Source: an uncultured Pseudomonadales bacterium | GTDB taxonomy: Bacteria > Patescibacteriota > Microgenomatia > UBA1400 > CAYXSR01 | Length of the DNA stretch: 64,000 bases | Reading direction: 5' to 3' | NCBI GenBank assembly: GCA_964430265.1 | Contig: CAYSEI010000002.1 | Coordinates: 141,209-205,208, forward strand | Shown here: one piece after another, positions 1 to 11,225 of the stretch | Layout of the letters: the number at the start of each line of letters is the position of its first letter | Position numbering within the stretch: position 1 is the first letter of the stretch | Position numbers and translations under genes: made by a program | Notes under the pieces: generated by a model | What the model saw: only the letters and a program-made list of their open reading frames with translations | Databases searched by the model: none | Told to the model about the DNA's origin: nothing

Positions 1-2
1 AC

Positions 3-1316
3 TGTGGAACTTCTTTGCGCAACAAAGGAGTTCAACCATTGCTTGATGCTGTAGTTCAATTTCTCCCCTCACCTCTTGACATAGAGGCAATAACAGGCTA
101 TAATCCAAACACGGAGGAAGAAGAAAAACGTCCTCCAAAAAAAGATGTGCCGATGGCGGCACTGGCATTTAAAGTTCAAGCTGATCCCCATGTGGGACGT
201 TTGACTTATTTACGTGTTTATTCAGGCACCTTAACATCTGGAAGTTATGTATATAACGCAAACAAAGAAAAAAGAGAACGTATTGGACGTTTGCTTTTAA
301 TGCATGCAGATAAAAGGGAAGAAATTGAAAAAGCAGAAGCCGGAGAAATTGTGGCAGTAGTTGGTCTCAAAGACACTGCAACCGGTGAAACGCTCTCGAA
401 TGAAGAAAACCCAATTGTTTTGGAAAGAATAGAATTCCCCGAACCGGTAATTTCTTTGGCAATTGAACCAAAGACAAGATCTGATCAAGAAAAGTTAAGC
501 TATGCATTAAAAAAGCTTTCTCAGGAAGACCCGACATTCCAAATTAAAGTTGATCGTGAAACAGGTCAAACAATTATTAAAGGAATGGGTGAACTACACT
601 TGGAAATTTTGGTTGACAGAATGAAACGTGAGTTCAAAGTGGAAGCAAATACAGGCAAGCCGCAAGTAGCATACAGGGAAACAATAAATAATACAGTTGA
701 AGCGGAAGGAAAATATATTCGGCAGTCCGGAGGCAGAGGTCAATATGGACACTGTTTCCTAAGATTAGAACCAAGAGAAAGAGGAGAAGGATATGAGTTT
801 GTTGACGAGATTCGGGGAGGATCAATTCCAAGAGAATTTATTCCTGCAGTAGAAAAAGGGGTAAAAGAAGCAATGGAAAACGGTGTATTGGCTGGATACC
901 CTCTTGTAGATATGGAAGTGGCTGTTTTTGACGGATCATATCATGATGTTGATTCATCAGAGATTGCATTTAAGATTGCAGGATCAACAGCTTTGCAAAA
1001 AGGAGTTAAACAAGCTGGTCCGGTTTTATTGGAACCAATTATGAACGCCGAAGTTACTACTCCTCAGAAGTTTATGGGAGATGTAATTGGTGATTTGTCA
1101 AGCAGACGAGCAAAAATTTTGGGCACGGAAAGCCGGAAAAATATTCGTATTATTACTGCGCTTGTTCCTTTAGCAGAAATGTCCAGCTATGCAACCAGAT
1201 TGCGTTCAATGACTGAAGGAAGAGCCTCTTTCTATATGGAGCCAAGTCATTATGAAGAGGTCCCGCAGAACATAACTGAACAGATTATTGAAGAAAAGAA
1301 TTTAATAAATAAATAA
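3..1316 (+). CDS. fusA: Elongation factor G, 5'-truncated by the window edge
   Basis: [19 protein letters not shown] and YHDVDSSE motifs; directly upstream of tuf. Confidence 0.99.
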   Translation, partial: CGTSLRNKGVQPLLDAVVQFLPSPLDIEAITGYNPNTEEEEKRPPKKDVPMAALAFKVQADPHVGRLTYLRVYSGTLTSGSYVYNANKEKRERIGRLLLMHADKREEIEKAEAGEIVAVVGLKDTATGETLSNEENPIVLERIEFPEPVISLAIEPKTRSDQEKLSYALKKLSQEDPTFQIKVDRETGQTIIKGMGELHLEILVDRMKREFKVEANTGKPQVAYRETINNTVEAEGKYIRQSGGRGQYGHCFLRLEPRERGEGYEFVDEIRGGSIPREFIPAVEKGVKEAMENGVLAGYPLVDMEVAVFDGSYHDVDSSEIAFKIAGSTALQKGVKQAGPVLLEPIMNAEVTTPQKFMGDVIGDLSSRRAKILGTESRKNIRIITALVPLAEMSSYATRLRSMTEGRASFYMEPSHYEEVPQNITEQIIEEKNLINK

Positions 1317-1342
1317 AGTTAAAAAAATAAGGAGGATTTAAA

Positions 1343-2539
1343 ATGGCAGATTTTGATAGAACAAAACCGCACCTTAATATTGGAACAATTGGTCACGTTG
1401 ACCATGGTAAGACTACTTTGACAAGTGCAATTACAAAAACTTTGCACTCAGCAGGCGTCTCACCTAAATATTACGCTTATGATGAAATTGACAAGGCTCC
1501 GGAAGAAAAAGAAAGAGGTCTTACAATTTCAATTTCACATATTGAATACGAGACAGAAAATAGGCACTATGCCCATATTGACTGTCCCGGACACAAAGAC
1601 TTTGTTAAAAACATGATTACCGGTGCTGCACAAATGGATGGTGCAATTTTGGTAGTTGCAGCTACTGACGGCCCAATGCCACAGACAAGAGAGCATATTC
1701 TTTTGGCACGCCAAGTTGATGTACCTGCAATTGTCGTGTTTTTGAACAAAACAGACATGGTAGAAGATGAAGAGCTTTTAGAATTAGTTGAAACAGAAGT
1801 CAGGGAGCTTTTGAATAAATACAAATTCCCTGGAGACGAGATTCCGATTATTCGTGGATCTGCTTTAAAAGCATTAGAATGTGAATGTGGTAAAGAAGAC
1901 TGTGATGCATGCGGTCCAATTTTGGAATTAATGAGCAAAGTAGACGAATATATTCCGGAACCGGAAAGAGATTTAGACAAACCGTTTTTGATGCCGATTG
2001 AGGATGTTTTCTCAATTAAAGGCAGAGGAACTGTTGTTACAGGAAGAATTGAAAGAGGAATTGTTAAAGTAGGAGATGAAATTGAAATAGTTGGACTAAA
2101 AGATACTCAGACAACTACGGTTACCGGTGTTGAAATGTTTAAAAAGAGTTTGGATCAAGGTCAGGCCGGAGACAATGTTGGTGTACTTTTAAGAGGACTT
2201 AAAAAAGAAGATGTTGAAAGAGGTCAAGTTTTGGCCAAGACGGGAACAATTACTCCGCATTCTGAATTTAAGTGTGAAGTATATATTCTTAGCAAAGAAG
2301 AAGGCGGAAGACGCACACCTTTCTTTTCCGGATACAAGCCTCAGTTCTATATTCGAACAACTGATGTTACCGGAGAAATTGAATTGGAAGAAGGCGTGGA
2401 AATGGTAATGCCGGGAGATAATGCTAACATGACTGTTAAGCTGATTAATCCGGTTGCTGTTGAAGATGGTTTGCGATTTGCTATAAGAGAAGGCGGAAAG
2501 ACTGTTGGAGCCGGAGTTGTTACTGAAATCGTAAAGTAA
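1343..2539 (+). CDS. tuf: Elongation factor Tu
   Basis: [34 protein letters not shown]; SD aggagg. Confidence 0.99.
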   Translation: MADFDRTKPHLNIGTIGHVDHGKTTLTSAITKTLHSAGVSPKYYAYDEIDKAPEEKERGLTISISHIEYETENRHYAHIDCPGHKDFVKNMITGAAQMDGAILVVAATDGPMPQTREHILLARQVDVPAIVVFLNKTDMVEDEELLELVETEVRELLNKYKFPGDEIPIIRGSALKALECECGKEDCDACGPILELMSKVDEYIPEPERDLDKPFLMPIEDVFSIKGRGTVVTGRIERGIVKVGDEIEIVGLKDTQTTTVTGVEMFKKSLDQGQAGDNVGVLLRGLKKEDVERGQVLAKTGTITPHSEFKCEVYILSKEEGGRRTPFFSGYKPQFYIRTTDVTGEIELEEGVEMVMPGDNANMTVKLINPVAVEDGLRFAIREGGKTVGAGVVTEIVK

Positions 2540-2561
2540 GTAAAAAAAATTACTAAAGTTT

Positions 2562-2619
2562 AAGAGTAATCACTAACCAGGCTTGACGCAAGTTAGGCCT
2601 GGTTAGAATTATTCTTTTT
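2562..2619 (+). promoter_or_regulatory. Long hairpin with GCAA tetraloop and short U-tract in the tuf-rpsJ spacer (putative S10 leader or terminator)
   Basis: aagagtaat/attattctt, ctaaccagg/cctggttag and cttgac/gttagg stems closing GCAA. Confidence 0.7.
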
Positions 2620-2632
2620 GAAAATTTAAATT

Positions 2633-2941
2633 ATGCCTAAAGAACAGATCAGAGTTAGACTAAAGGCTTTTGATCATCGAGTGATTGATGATTGTTGCCA
2701 AAAGATAATTGAGACAGCACTTTCAACCGGTGCAAAAGTATCCGGTCCAGTGCCGCTTCCAACGGAAAGGAAGCTGATTGCGGTTAAAGCAGATCCGCAT
2801 GTACACAAAAGTTCTGTTCAACATTATGAAGTTTTGACACACAAGCGTTTAATTGACATTATTGAGCCAACGAATAAGACAATTGATTCGTTGATGCATC
2901 TAGATCTGCCTGCGGGAGTAGGTATAGAAGTAAAAATGTAA
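2633..2941 (+). CDS. rpsJ: 30S ribosomal protein S10
   Basis: IRVRLKAFDH, GPVPLPT, HKRLIDI, LPAGV. Confidence 0.99.
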   Translation: MPKEQIRVRLKAFDHRVIDDCCQKIIETALSTGAKVSGPVPLPTERKLIAVKADPHVHKSSVQHYEVLTHKRLIDIIEPTNKTIDSLMHLDLPAGVGIEVKM

Positions 2942-2969
2942 AAAGCGCTTTTTAAGTGCTTTTCTTTTT
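2941..2969 (+). terminator. Weak intrinsic terminator-like hairpin between rpsJ and rplC
   Basis: aaaagcgctt-ttt-aagtgctttt followed by cttttt. Confidence 0.45.
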
Positions 2970-2979
2970 GGAAAGAAAA

Positions 2980-3615
2980 ATGAAGTTTTTATATGGAATC
3001 AAAAAAGACCAGACACAGACATTTGATAAACAGGGCAACCGCCTGGTGGTTACCCGTATTAATACAGCACCTTTAAAAATTGTACAAATTAAAGAAGAAG
3101 AAAAAGACGGGTATTCTGCGATACAAGTAGGAGTTGGTGAAAAAAAATTGAAAAACATAAAAAAGCCGACTAGGGAAAAATTAAAAAAAGCAGGATATAA
3201 AAAGACAGGGCCCAAATATCTTAGGGAAATAAAACTTGAAAAAAAAGCAGAAAATAAAATTGGCGATGAAATTAAAATTGTAGATATTTTTGCAGAAGGC
3301 GACAAAGTTAGAGTAAGTGGAGTGACCAAGGGAAAAGGGTTTACAGGAGTAGTTAAGCGTTGGGGTTTTAGGGGAGGAAGAAGAACACACGGTTCTTCCA
3401 ATGAGAGGAGAATTGGATCAATAGGTCAAGGTACAGATCCGGGAAGAGTTTGGAAAGGAAAGAAAATGCCAGGAAGAATGGGAACTGCAAAAAAAACAAT
3501 TAAAGGATTAAAAATATATAAAATAAACGAAGAAAATAATGAGATTTGGGTGACCGGACTGCTACCCGGAGGAAGAAATAGTCTTTTAAAAATAGAAAAG
3601 GAAGACGACAAATAA
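2980..3615 (+). CDS. rplC: 50S ribosomal protein L3
   Basis: DGYSAIQVG, KGKGFTGVVKRWGF, KKMPGRMG; start moved to ATG 2980. Confidence 0.98.
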   Translation: MKFLYGIKKDQTQTFDKQGNRLVVTRINTAPLKIVQIKEEEKDGYSAIQVGVGEKKLKNIKKPTREKLKKAGYKKTGPKYLREIKLEKKAENKIGDEIKIVDIFAEGDKVRVSGVTKGKGFTGVVKRWGFRGGRRTHGSSNERRIGSIGQGTDPGRVWKGKKMPGRMGTAKKTIKGLKIYKINEENNEIWVTGLLPGGRNSLLKIEKEDDK

Positions 3616-3616
3616 G

Positions 3617-4282
3617 ATGGTGAAAATACAAGCATACACAACCAAAGGAGAAAAAAAAGACAAAATAACTGTTAATAAGGATATTTTTGACAGTAAAATA
3701 AATAAGCGTCTTGTTGCTCAAGCGGTTAGAGTGTATTTGTCCAATCAAAGACAAGCAGGAGCAAAAACAAAATCTAGAGGAGAGGTAATTGGTTCAAGAA
3801 AAAAGATTTGGCCGCAAAAAGGAACAGGAAGAGCAAGACACGGTGATCGTTATGCACCCATATTTGTAGGCGGAGGAATTGCTCACGGACCTAAAGGTGA
3901 TCAGAACTTTAAATTAAAAATGAATAAAAGTATGCGCAGGAAAGCTTTGTTTTCTGCTCTTTCAAGCAAAGTAAAGGCAGATGAGGTAATACTGGTTGAC
4001 AGTCTTGAGAAAGTTAAGCCAAAAACAAAAGAGATGGCAAAAATATTAAGTACGTTAATAAATAAAGTTAAAAAAAACAAAGAAAAAAAATTCACAGAAG
4101 TCAAAGTATCACTTGTTTTACCTGAAATTATGGAAAACATATTGCGTGCTGGGAGAAATATTCCCAATCTAAATATGATTCAGGCAAAGCAATTAAATAC
4201 TTATGAAGTTTTAAATTGTGATTATTTAATTATTGCAAAACCAAGCCTAAAAATTATTAAAGAACAATTTTTAAAAGAGTAA
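3617..4282 (+). CDS. rplD: 50S ribosomal protein L4
   Basis: QKGTGRARHG, GGGIAHGPK. Confidence 0.98.
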   Translation: MVKIQAYTTKGEKKDKITVNKDIFDSKINKRLVAQAVRVYLSNQRQAGAKTKSRGEVIGSRKKIWPQKGTGRARHGDRYAPIFVGGGIAHGPKGDQNFKLKMNKSMRRKALFSALSSKVKADEVILVDSLEKVKPKTKEMAKILSTLINKVKKNKEKKFTEVKVSLVLPEIMENILRAGRNIPNLNMIQAKQLNTYEVLNCDYLIIAKPSLKIIKEQFLKE

Positions 4283-4573
4283 ATGAAGAAAAAAGACATT
4301 TTGCATAAACCAATTATTACGGAAAAAAGCATGTTTTTGAGAGAAAAGGGCAAATATGTATTTAAAGTTGACAAAAGAGCAAATAAAAATCAGATTAAAG
4401 AAGCGATTGAAAACCTTTTTGATGTTGAAGTGGAAAAAATTGCAACTATGATTATGCCGGGTAAAACAAAAAGAGCAGGATCACGCAGAAGACAAGTTAG
4501 AGATGGGATTTGGAAAAAAGCAATTATTAAACTTAAAAAAGGTGACAAACTAGATATTTTTGAAGAAGGGTAA
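4283..4573 (+). CDS. rplW: 50S ribosomal protein L23
   Basis: PIITEKS, ANKNQIK, WKKAII. Confidence 0.98.
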   Translation: MKKKDILHKPIITEKSMFLREKGKYVFKVDKRANKNQIKEAIENLFDVEVEKIATMIMPGKTKRAGSRRRQVRDGIWKKAIIKLKKGDKLDIFEEG

Positions 4574-4583
4574 AAAGTAAAAA

Positions 4584-5405
4584 ATGGTAAAGAAAAAGAA
4601 ACCGACATCACCAGGAACAAGGCATCAAACAAATATTGACAGGACACACTTAAAAGAAGGTCCTGAAAAAAGTTTGACTAAACCATTGAAATACAATGCG
4701 GGCAGAAATGCTTATGGTCGTGTTACGGTGCGTCATCAAGGTGGTCAGCAAAAAAGACGTTACAGAAAAATTGATTTTAAAAGGGATAAAAAAAATATAT
4801 CCGCAGAAGTGGTTAGAATTGAATATGATCCCAATCGTTCTGCTAATATAGCGCTTTTAAAATATGAAGATGGTGAAAAAAGATATATTTTGGCACCAAA
4901 GGATCTTGAAATAGGAGACAAGGTAATTGCCGGAAAAGATGTTGAGCTAGAACCTGGCAATGCATTACCTTTAAAAAACATTCCTGTAGGTATGCCAATT
5001 CACAATCTTGAATTTACTCCCGGAAAAGGTGGTCAGATTGTGCGTGGGGCAGGCAATGCTGCCTTGATTCAGGCAAAAGAAGATAAATGGGCTGTTGTTA
5101 AGTTACCGTCCGGAGAAATAAGAAAGTTTAATGTTGATTGTTTTGCTACCATTGGACAAATTGGGAACCAACAATGGAAAAACATTAAATGGGGAAAAGC
5201 AGGCAGAAAAAGATTACGCGGAATCAGGCCGTCTGTAAGAGGTGTTGCTCAACATGCAGCAGCTCACCCGCATGGTGGAGGACGAGGAAGGTCCGGAATA
5301 GGACAATCTTCACCAAAAACACCTTGGGGTAAAAAGACTAGGGGTAAAAAAACAAGAAAGAAAAAACAAAGTGATAAATATATAATTAAGAGGAAAAATG
5401 AATAA
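4584..5405 (+). CDS. rplB: 50S ribosomal protein L2
   Basis: [24 protein letters not shown]. Confidence 0.99.
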   Translation: MVKKKKPTSPGTRHQTNIDRTHLKEGPEKSLTKPLKYNAGRNAYGRVTVRHQGGQQKRRYRKIDFKRDKKNISAEVVRIEYDPNRSANIALLKYEDGEKRYILAPKDLEIGDKVIAGKDVELEPGNALPLKNIPVGMPIHNLEFTPGKGGQIVRGAGNAALIQAKEDKWAVVKLPSGEIRKFNVDCFATIGQIGNQQWKNIKWGKAGRKRLRGIRPSVRGVAQHAAAHPHGGGRGRSGIGQSSPKTPWGKKTRGKKTRKKKQSDKYIIKRKNE

Positions 5406-5414
5406 AGGAGGAAT

Positions 5415-5699
5415 ATGTCCAGATCAAGCAAAAAAGGACCATATGTTGATCCCAAATTAAGGGAAAAAGTAATAAAACAGACAAAGAAAGCAGAAAAAAA
5501 GCCAATTAAGACTTGGTCAAGAGACAGTCAAATTCCGCCTGAATTTGTTGGTCATACTTTTCTGGTGCACAATGGTCGTGACTTTAAAAGGGTTTTTGTA
5601 ACTGAATCAATGGTTGGACATAGATTGGGAGAATTTTCCCATACCCGAACATTTAGAGGACACGGACGTATGGTTAAGAGAGTTATTACTAAAACATAA
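5415..5699 (+). CDS. rpsS: 30S ribosomal protein S19
   Basis: [21 protein letters not shown]. Confidence 0.99.
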   Translation: MSRSSKKGPYVDPKLREKVIKQTKKAEKKPIKTWSRDSQIPPEFVGHTFLVHNGRDFKRVFVTESMVGHRLGEFSHTRTFRGHGRMVKRVITKT

Positions 5700-5705
5700 A
5701 GAATA

Positions 5706-6059
5706 ATGGTTAAAAAAGCAAAAGCAGAAGCCAAGTTTATACGTATATCTCCGCAAAAAGTGCGGAAAGTTGTGGATGCAGTCAAAGATATGAATCCGCA
5801 AGAAGCTATATTAAACTTGGAATTTATAAATAAAAGAGCTTCAACACCTTTAAGAAAAGTAATTAAATCTGCAATCGCTAATGCAACACATAATTACGAG
5901 ATGGAAAAGGAAAATCTGAAATTTAAAGAAATACAAATTGGTGAAGGGCCTACATATAAAAGATGGCAGCCTGTTTCAAAAGGCAGAGCCCACCAAATAT
6001 TAAAAAGAACAAGTCATATAAAAGTAATTTTAGAGGAGAAAAATGGGACAGAAAGTTAA
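5706..6059 (+). CDS. rplV: 50S ribosomal protein L22
   Basis: RISPQKVR, SAIANA, KRTSHI. Confidence 0.98.
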   Translation: MVKKAKAEAKFIRISPQKVRKVVDAVKDMNPQEAILNLEFINKRASTPLRKVIKSAIANATHNYEMEKENLKFKEIQIGEGPTYKRWQPVSKGRAHQILKRTSHIKVILEEKNGTES

Positions 6060-6684
6060 TGCACATTCATTCAGACTAGGAAATCTTTACGATTGGAAAT
6101 CACAATGGTATTCTGACGGAGATGATTACCAAAGGTATTTATTGGAAGACGTAAAATTAAGAAATCTTCTACAGGAAAAACTGCAAAGGGCTGGTTTAGT
6201 TAAAACAGAAATTGAACGTTCAATGAAAAAGTTAAGAATCATTGTTTATGTTTCGCGTCCCGGAGTAGTAATTGGAAGGGGAGGTTCCGGACTCAAAGCT
6301 TTGAAGAAAATTATTGCAGAAGAAATTGATATTGATGCAGAAAAGAATTTAAAAATTGATGTTAAAGAGGTTAAAAAACCAGATTTATCAGCAAAATTAA
6401 TTGCTGAAGAAATTTCCGGACGTTTAAAATCACGATACCCCCACCGTAGAGCAGTCAGCAAAGCTATGGAAAAAGTAATGCATGCAGGAGCAAAAGGTGT
6501 TAAAATAACACTTTCCGGTAGAATTGGTGGAACTGAAATTGGTAGAACAGAAAAATATTCAGAGGGAACAGTTCCTTTGCAAACTTTGAGAGCGGATATA
6601 GATTATGCATTAGTTCCATCTTTAACAAAATCTGGTTATGTAGGAGTTAAGGTTTGGATTTACAAAGAAGAAAAGGAATTATAA
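6043..6684 (+). CDS. rpsC: 30S ribosomal protein S3
   Basis: MGQKV, RPGVVIGRGG, PLQTLRADIDY, GVKVWIY. Confidence 0.99.
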   Translation: MGQKVNAHSFRLGNLYDWKSQWYSDGDDYQRYLLEDVKLRNLLQEKLQRAGLVKTEIERSMKKLRIIVYVSRPGVVIGRGGSGLKALKKIIAEEIDIDAEKNLKIDVKEVKKPDLSAKLIAEEISGRLKSRYPHRRAVSKAMEKVMHAGAKGVKITLSGRIGGTEIGRTEKYSEGTVPLQTLRADIDYALVPSLTKSGYVGVKVWIYKEEKEL

Positions 6685-6685
6685 A

Positions 6686-7090
6686 ATGTTACAGCCTAAA
6701 AAACAGAAATACAGAAAACGATTTCGCGGTAAATTAAAAGGTAAAGCAAGCCGTGGATATGAAATATCTTTTGGAGATTTTGCTTTAAAAGCAAAACAAA
6801 GATGCTGGTTAAAAACAAGGCAAATTGAAGCGGCCAGAAAAGTAGTAACCAATTATACTAAAAGAACTGGAAAGCTTTGGATTCGGGTTTTCCCGGATAA
6901 ACCAATTTCCAGCAAGCCGTCTGGTGCAAAAATGGGCGGAGGAAAAGGGGATGTTGTTGATTATGCAGCACCAGTCAAGCCAGGAACAATAATTTTTGAG
7001 CTGGCAGGTGTAGAAGAAGATTTAGCAAGGGAAGCTTTTCGTAGAGCCGGAGCAAAACTTCCGGTTAAAACTAAATTTATAACAAAGTAA
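6686..7090 (+). CDS. rplP: 50S ribosomal protein L16
   Basis: MLQPK, QIEAAR, WIRVFPD, MGGGKG. Confidence 0.99.
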   Translation: MLQPKKQKYRKRFRGKLKGKASRGYEISFGDFALKAKQRCWLKTRQIEAARKVVTNYTKRTGKLWIRVFPDKPISSKPSGAKMGGGKGDVVDYAAPVKPGTIIFELAGVEEDLAREAFRRAGAKLPVKTKFITK

Positions 7091-7097
7091 AATAAAT

Positions 7098-7304
7098 ATG
7101 AAAAAAGAAAGAAAACAAGAACTAAAAAGCAAAACAATACGTGAGCTGAAACAATTTATAACCGAGTCAGAAAAAGAACTGGCAAGAATGAAGTTAGAAG
7201 CTGCAACCGGCAAAATTGAAGACAGGCATGCATTATATAAAAAAAGAAAAGAAATAGCAGTGGCAAAAACCATATTGACAGAACAAAAGAAGGAGGAAAA
7301 GTGA
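7098..7304 (+). CDS. rpmC: 50S ribosomal protein L29
   Basis: Position, size and RKEIAVAKTIL motif. Confidence 0.93.
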   Translation: MKKERKQELKSKTIRELKQFITESEKELARMKLEAATGKIEDRHALYKKRKEIAVAKTILTEQKKEEK

Positions 7305-7528
7305 AAAAACGTTTTAAGGGTACTGTTGTAAGTGACAAAATGGACAAGTCAGCAATAGTTGAAGTTAAAAGAAGCTGGCGGCATCCTTTATACAAAAAGG
7401 TTATGAAGACCGGTAAAAGGTATTTAGTCGATAACCGGATGGATGCAAAAGAGGGAGACAAAGTCATTATTGAAGAATGCAGGCCATTAAGTAAAAGAAA
7501 ACATTTTAAGATTGTGGAAAAAATATGA
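7301..7528 (+). CDS. rpsQ: 30S ribosomal protein S17
   Basis: [21 protein letters not shown]; GTG start. Confidence 0.98.
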   Translation: MKKRFKGTVVSDKMDKSAIVEVKRSWRHPLYKKVMKTGKRYLVDNRMDAKEGDKVIIEECRPLSKRKHFKIVEKI

Positions 7529-7902
7529 TTCAATTACAAAGCACATTAGTACCAGCAGATAACTCAGGAGCAAGAAAACTTCGGGTTATTCATATACACG
7601 GACAATCCTATCGTCCTAAATTTGGCGGTATTGGAGATATTGTGACTTGTGCAGTTGATAAAGCTAGAGCAAATGGACAGGTTGAAGATGGACAAGTAGT
7701 AAAAGCAGTAGTGGTGCGTACAAAAAAAGAGCATCGTAGATCGGACGGGTCATATATCCGTTTTGGTGATAATGCTGCAGTTGTTATTGACGGACTTAAA
7801 AACCGATTGCCGGTTGGAACTCGGGTATTTGGACCAATTGCAAGAGAAATAAAAGAACTGGGTTACAATGATATTGTTTCTCAAGCCAAGGAGGTATTAT
7901 GA
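7525..7902 (+). CDS. rplN: 50S ribosomal protein L14
   Basis: [20 protein letters not shown]. Confidence 0.98.
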   Translation: MIQLQSTLVPADNSGARKLRVIHIHGQSYRPKFGGIGDIVTCAVDKARANGQVEDGQVVKAVVVRTKKEHRRSDGSYIRFGDNAAVVIDGLKNRLPVGTRVFGPIAREIKELGYNDIVSQAKEVL

Positions 7903-8204
7903 GAATTAAAAAAGGTGATAAAGTAAAGATTTTAAGGGGTAAAGATAAAGGTAGAACTGGAGAAGTGAAAAAAGTGTTTCCAAAGAAAAATAAAATTATT
8001 GTTAAAGATATTAATGTATATAAAAAACATGTTAAACCTAGAGGAGAGCAAGAGCCTGGTGGCATAGTTGATATTACTAAGCCGATTGATGCAAGTAAAG
8101 TTTCTTTGGTTTGTCCTAATTGTGGGGAAAAAACCCGTATCGGACGCAGAGTAACAAAATCAGGAAAAGAACGAATTTGTAAAAAATGTCAGGAAAATCT
8201 ATGA
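7899..8204 (+). CDS. rplX: 50S ribosomal protein L24 with C-terminal Zn ribbon
   Basis: KKGDKV..GKDKG; CPNC...CKKC. Confidence 0.98.
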   Translation: MRIKKGDKVKILRGKDKGRTGEVKKVFPKKNKIIVKDINVYKKHVKPRGEQEPGGIVDITKPIDASKVSLVCPNCGEKTRIGRRVTKSGKERICKKCQENL

Positions 8205-8755
8205 ATAATTCATTAAAAAAACAGTACCAGGAAGAAATTATACCCAAATTAAAAAAAGAATTGGGAATAGAAAATAAAATGGCGGTTCCTAAACTTAAAA
8301 AAGTAGTTGTGAATATGGGGATTGGAGACATTAGTAATAAAGAGGATTCAATTAAAAAAGTGCGCAGTGCTATAGCTGCTATAACAGGACAGCAGCCAGT
8401 AACCAGATCTGCCAAAAAATCAATTGCAGAATTTGGTGTTACGCAAGGGGATACGATTGGATTATCAGTAACTTTAAGAGGAAAAAAGATGTATCAGTTT
8501 TTAGAAAGACTGTTTCGTATTGTTTTGCCTAGGGTAAGGGATTTTAATGGTGTATCCAAAAAGTCTTTTGACGGACAAGGCAACTATACTTTAGGTCTGG
8601 AGGAACAGACCCTTTTTCCTGAAGTAGATTATGATAAAATTGATAAGGTCCGCGGATTTGAAATTACCATTGTTACTAATTCCAAAGACGATAAAAAATC
8701 ACTAATGTTATTAGATTTAATGGGAATGCCTTTTAAAAAGGAAGAAGGAGCTTAA
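8201..8755 (+). CDS. rplE: 50S ribosomal protein L5
   Basis: ITGQQP, VTLRG, LPRVRDF, FDGQGNY; start taken at ATG 8201. Confidence 0.98.
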   Translation: MNNSLKKQYQEEIIPKLKKELGIENKMAVPKLKKVVVNMGIGDISNKEDSIKKVRSAIAAITGQQPVTRSAKKSIAEFGVTQGDTIGLSVTLRGKKMYQFLERLFRIVLPRVRDFNGVSKKSFDGQGNYTLGLEEQTLFPEVDYDKIDKVRGFEITIVTNSKDDKKSLMLLDLMGMPFKKEEGA

Positions 8756-8758
8756 TTT

Positions 8759-8944
8759 ATGGCAAGTAAAAGTAAAGAAGTCAAACAAAATAAAGAGCCA
8801 AAATACAGTACAAGAAAAGTTAATCGTTGTAAACTTTGTTCCCGTCCTAGGGCTTATATGCGTAAATTCGGTTTATGCAGACTTTGTTTTAGGGAATTGG
8901 CACAGAAAGGAGAACTACCAGGAGTTACAAAAGCAAGCTGGTAG
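8759..8944 (+). CDS. rpsZ: 30S ribosomal protein S14, short zinc-binding type
   Basis: 61 aa, CKLC..CRLC, KASW. Confidence 0.97.
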   Translation: MASKSKEVKQNKEPKYSTRKVNRCKLCSRPRAYMRKFGLCRLCFRELAQKGELPGVTKASW

Positions 8945-8953
8945 AAAATAATT

Positions 8954-9346
8954 ATGTGGTCAGATACAATTGCAGATATGCTAGCAAGAATTAGAAACGC
9001 TTACCTGACAAACAAGAAAGCGGTAGATGTTCCCTACTCTAAAACAAAAAAGAAAATTGCCCAAGTTTTACAAGATTTAGAATATCTTTCTTCAATTAAG
9101 GTTCAAGAAGAAGGGGTGAAAAAGAAATTGGTAATTAAACTTAAATACAAAGATGATGAAGCGGCAATCAGGAATTTAGAAAGGGTGTCTAAACCGGGTT
9201 GCAGGATTTATGTAACTCATGATAAACTGCCGGTGGTCTTGTCCGGTTACGGACAGGCAATTGTATCAACAAGTAGAGGGATTATGACTGCAAACGAAGC
9301 TAGAAAAAAAGGTATAGGAGGCGAACTAATTTGTAAAGTTTGGTAA
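8954..9346 (+). CDS. rpsH: 30S ribosomal protein S8
   Basis: IADMLARIRN, SKPG, STSRG, GGE. Confidence 0.98.
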   Translation: MWSDTIADMLARIRNAYLTNKKAVDVPYSKTKKKIAQVLQDLEYLSSIKVQEEGVKKKLVIKLKYKDDEAAIRNLERVSKPGCRIYVTHDKLPVVLSGYGQAIVSTSRGIMTANEARKKGIGGELICKVW

Positions 9347-9351
9347 TAATT

Positions 9352-9906
9352 ATGAGTAAAGTAGGAGAAAAGATAATACTAATACCAGAAAATATAGAAA
9401 TAGATATCAAAAACAGCTTGGTTAAGGTTAAAGGACCAAAAGGAGAACTTGAATTAACTTTGCCAACTGGTATAAAAACTGAGCAAAAGGAAAATACTTT
9501 ATCAGTACAAAGGAAATCCGATTCAAAAAGGTTAAAGGCTTTGCACGGTACATATAGAACTTTGATTGCAAATATGATTTTGGGAGTTAATAAAGGCTAT
9601 AGTAAAATATTAGAATTACACGGAGTTGGATATCGAGCTCAGATCAAAGGAGAAAAATTAGTAATGAGATTGGGATTTTCTCACCCAGTTGAGGTTGATC
9701 CTAAACAGGGAATAAGTTTTACAGTTTCAGATAAAAAACAAATAAAAATTGAAGGAATTGACAAACAAAAGGTAAGTCAGACTGCAGCGGAAATAAGGGC
9801 TATTAGGAAACCAGAACCTTATAAAGGTAAAGGTATCCGCTATAAGGGAGAAGTTATTAAACTGAAACCAGGTAAGGCAGCTAAAGTAGGAGAAGGAGAA
9901 GTTTAA
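9352..9906 (+). CDS. rplF: 50S ribosomal protein L6
   Basis: [23 protein letters not shown]; start taken at ATG 9352. Confidence 0.98.
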   Translation: MSKVGEKIILIPENIEIDIKNSLVKVKGPKGELELTLPTGIKTEQKENTLSVQRKSDSKRLKALHGTYRTLIANMILGVNKGYSKILELHGVGYRAQIKGEKLVMRLGFSHPVEVDPKQGISFTVSDKKQIKIEGIDKQKVSQTAAEIRAIRKPEPYKGKGIRYKGEVIKLKPGKAAKVGEGEV

Positions 9907-9907
9907 A

Positions 9908-10255
9908 ATGCAAGTTATACATGATGCAAAAAAACGCAAACAAAGGCGCATCCGCGAAAAAATAAAAAGAATCAGTAAAAGATTACGTTTATCGGTTTTT
10001 CGTTCCAATAAACATATTTATGCGCAAATTATAGATGATCAAGAAGAAAAAACATTAGTTTCGGCTAGTGATTTTGATTTGAAAAATAAGGATTTGAAAA
10101 AAAAGGAAGAAGCATTTGAAGTGGGAAAACTTTTGGCGGAAAAAGCATTAGATAAAAAAATAAAAAAAGTAGTTTTTGATAAGGGAGCATATAAATATCA
10201 TGGAAGAGTTAAAAATTTAGCAGATGGAGCCAGAAAAGGAGGCTTAGAATTCTAA
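9908..10255 (+). CDS. rplR: 50S ribosomal protein L18
   Basis: [23 protein letters not shown]. Confidence 0.98.
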   Translation: MQVIHDAKKRKQRRIREKIKRISKRLRLSVFRSNKHIYAQIIDDQEEKTLVSASDFDLKNKDLKKKEEAFEVGKLLAEKALDKKIKKVVFDKGAYKYHGRVKNLADGARKGGLEF

Positions 10256-10782
10256 TGCCTGATAACAAAGGAAAAAGCCAGAATAAAAAACAAGCTAATA
10301 AAGGAAGAAAAACTTCCCAAAGAAAAGGTCGCAGAAGAAGGAATGAAAGAGAATACGATCAGAAAGTAATTGATATTAACAGAGTATCTCAAAAAACAAA
10401 AGGTGGAGATAAAATGGGGTTCAACGCTTTGGTTGCAGTTGGTGATCATCAAGGCAAGGTGGGAGTAGCTTTAGGTAAAGCGCCTAGTGTGCTGCCGGCA
10501 ATTAAAAAAGGAGCACGTTTAGCAAAAAAGAAAATGGTTAAAGTTCCCCTTACTGAAGAAGGGACAATTCCACATGTTATCAAGGTTAAAGAAGGAGCAG
10601 CAAAAATTCTTTTAAAACCAGCACCTGCTGGTACAGGAATTATTGCAGGAGGTCCGATTAGAATATTAGCTGATTTAGCCGGAGTCAAAAATATTGTTAC
10701 TAAAATAATGGGTAGCAGAAATAAGATTAATAATTCTTATGCAACTATTAAAGCGTTTCAAAGTTTTAAAAAGAAAAAATGA
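10255..10782 (+). CDS. rpsE: 30S ribosomal protein S5
   Basis: KTKGG, PAPAGTGIIAGG. Confidence 0.98.
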   Translation: MPDNKGKSQNKKQANKGRKTSQRKGRRRRNEREYDQKVIDINRVSQKTKGGDKMGFNALVAVGDHQGKVGVALGKAPSVLPAIKKGARLAKKKMVKVPLTEEGTIPHVIKVKEGAAKILLKPAPAGTGIIAGGPIRILADLAGVKNIVTKIMGSRNKINNSYATIKAFQSFKKKK

Positions 10783-11225
10783 AATTACACGAATTACCTA
10801 AAATTACAGATAGAAAGAAGAAAAGAATTGGCCGCGGTTATGGCTCAGGAAAAGGAGGCCATACTGTTGGTAGAGGTGCCAAGGGTCTTAAAGCTAGAGG
10901 AAAAGTTCCTTTGCTTTTTACTGGTACTAAAATGCGTAAGTCTTTTGTTAGACGTATTCCCTTTTTAAGAGGTAAAGGTAGATTTAAGCCCCAAAGCCCC
11001 AAACCGGAGATTGTAAATGTTGAAGAATTAAACAATTTACGTAAAGGTTCAGTGGTAACATTAGATAGGTTAATTGAAGAAGGATTGGTTGACAAAAGCG
11101 CAAAGAAAATTGGAGTAAAAATATTAGGAAGAGGAAAATTGGAAAAGGAAATGAAAGTGGAAGTACCGGTTTCTAAAGGAGCAGAAGAAAAGATTAAAAA
11201 AGCCGGTGGAGAAATAGTTAAGTGA
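10779..11225 (+). CDS. rplO: 50S ribosomal protein L15
   Basis: [21 protein letters not shown]. Confidence 0.98.
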   Translation: MKLHELPKITDRKKKRIGRGYGSGKGGHTVGRGAKGLKARGKVPLLFTGTKMRKSFVRRIPFLRGKGRFKPQSPKPEIVNVEELNNLRKGSVVTLDRLIEEGLVDKSAKKIGVKILGRGKLEKEMKVEVPVSKGAEEKIKKAGGEIVK

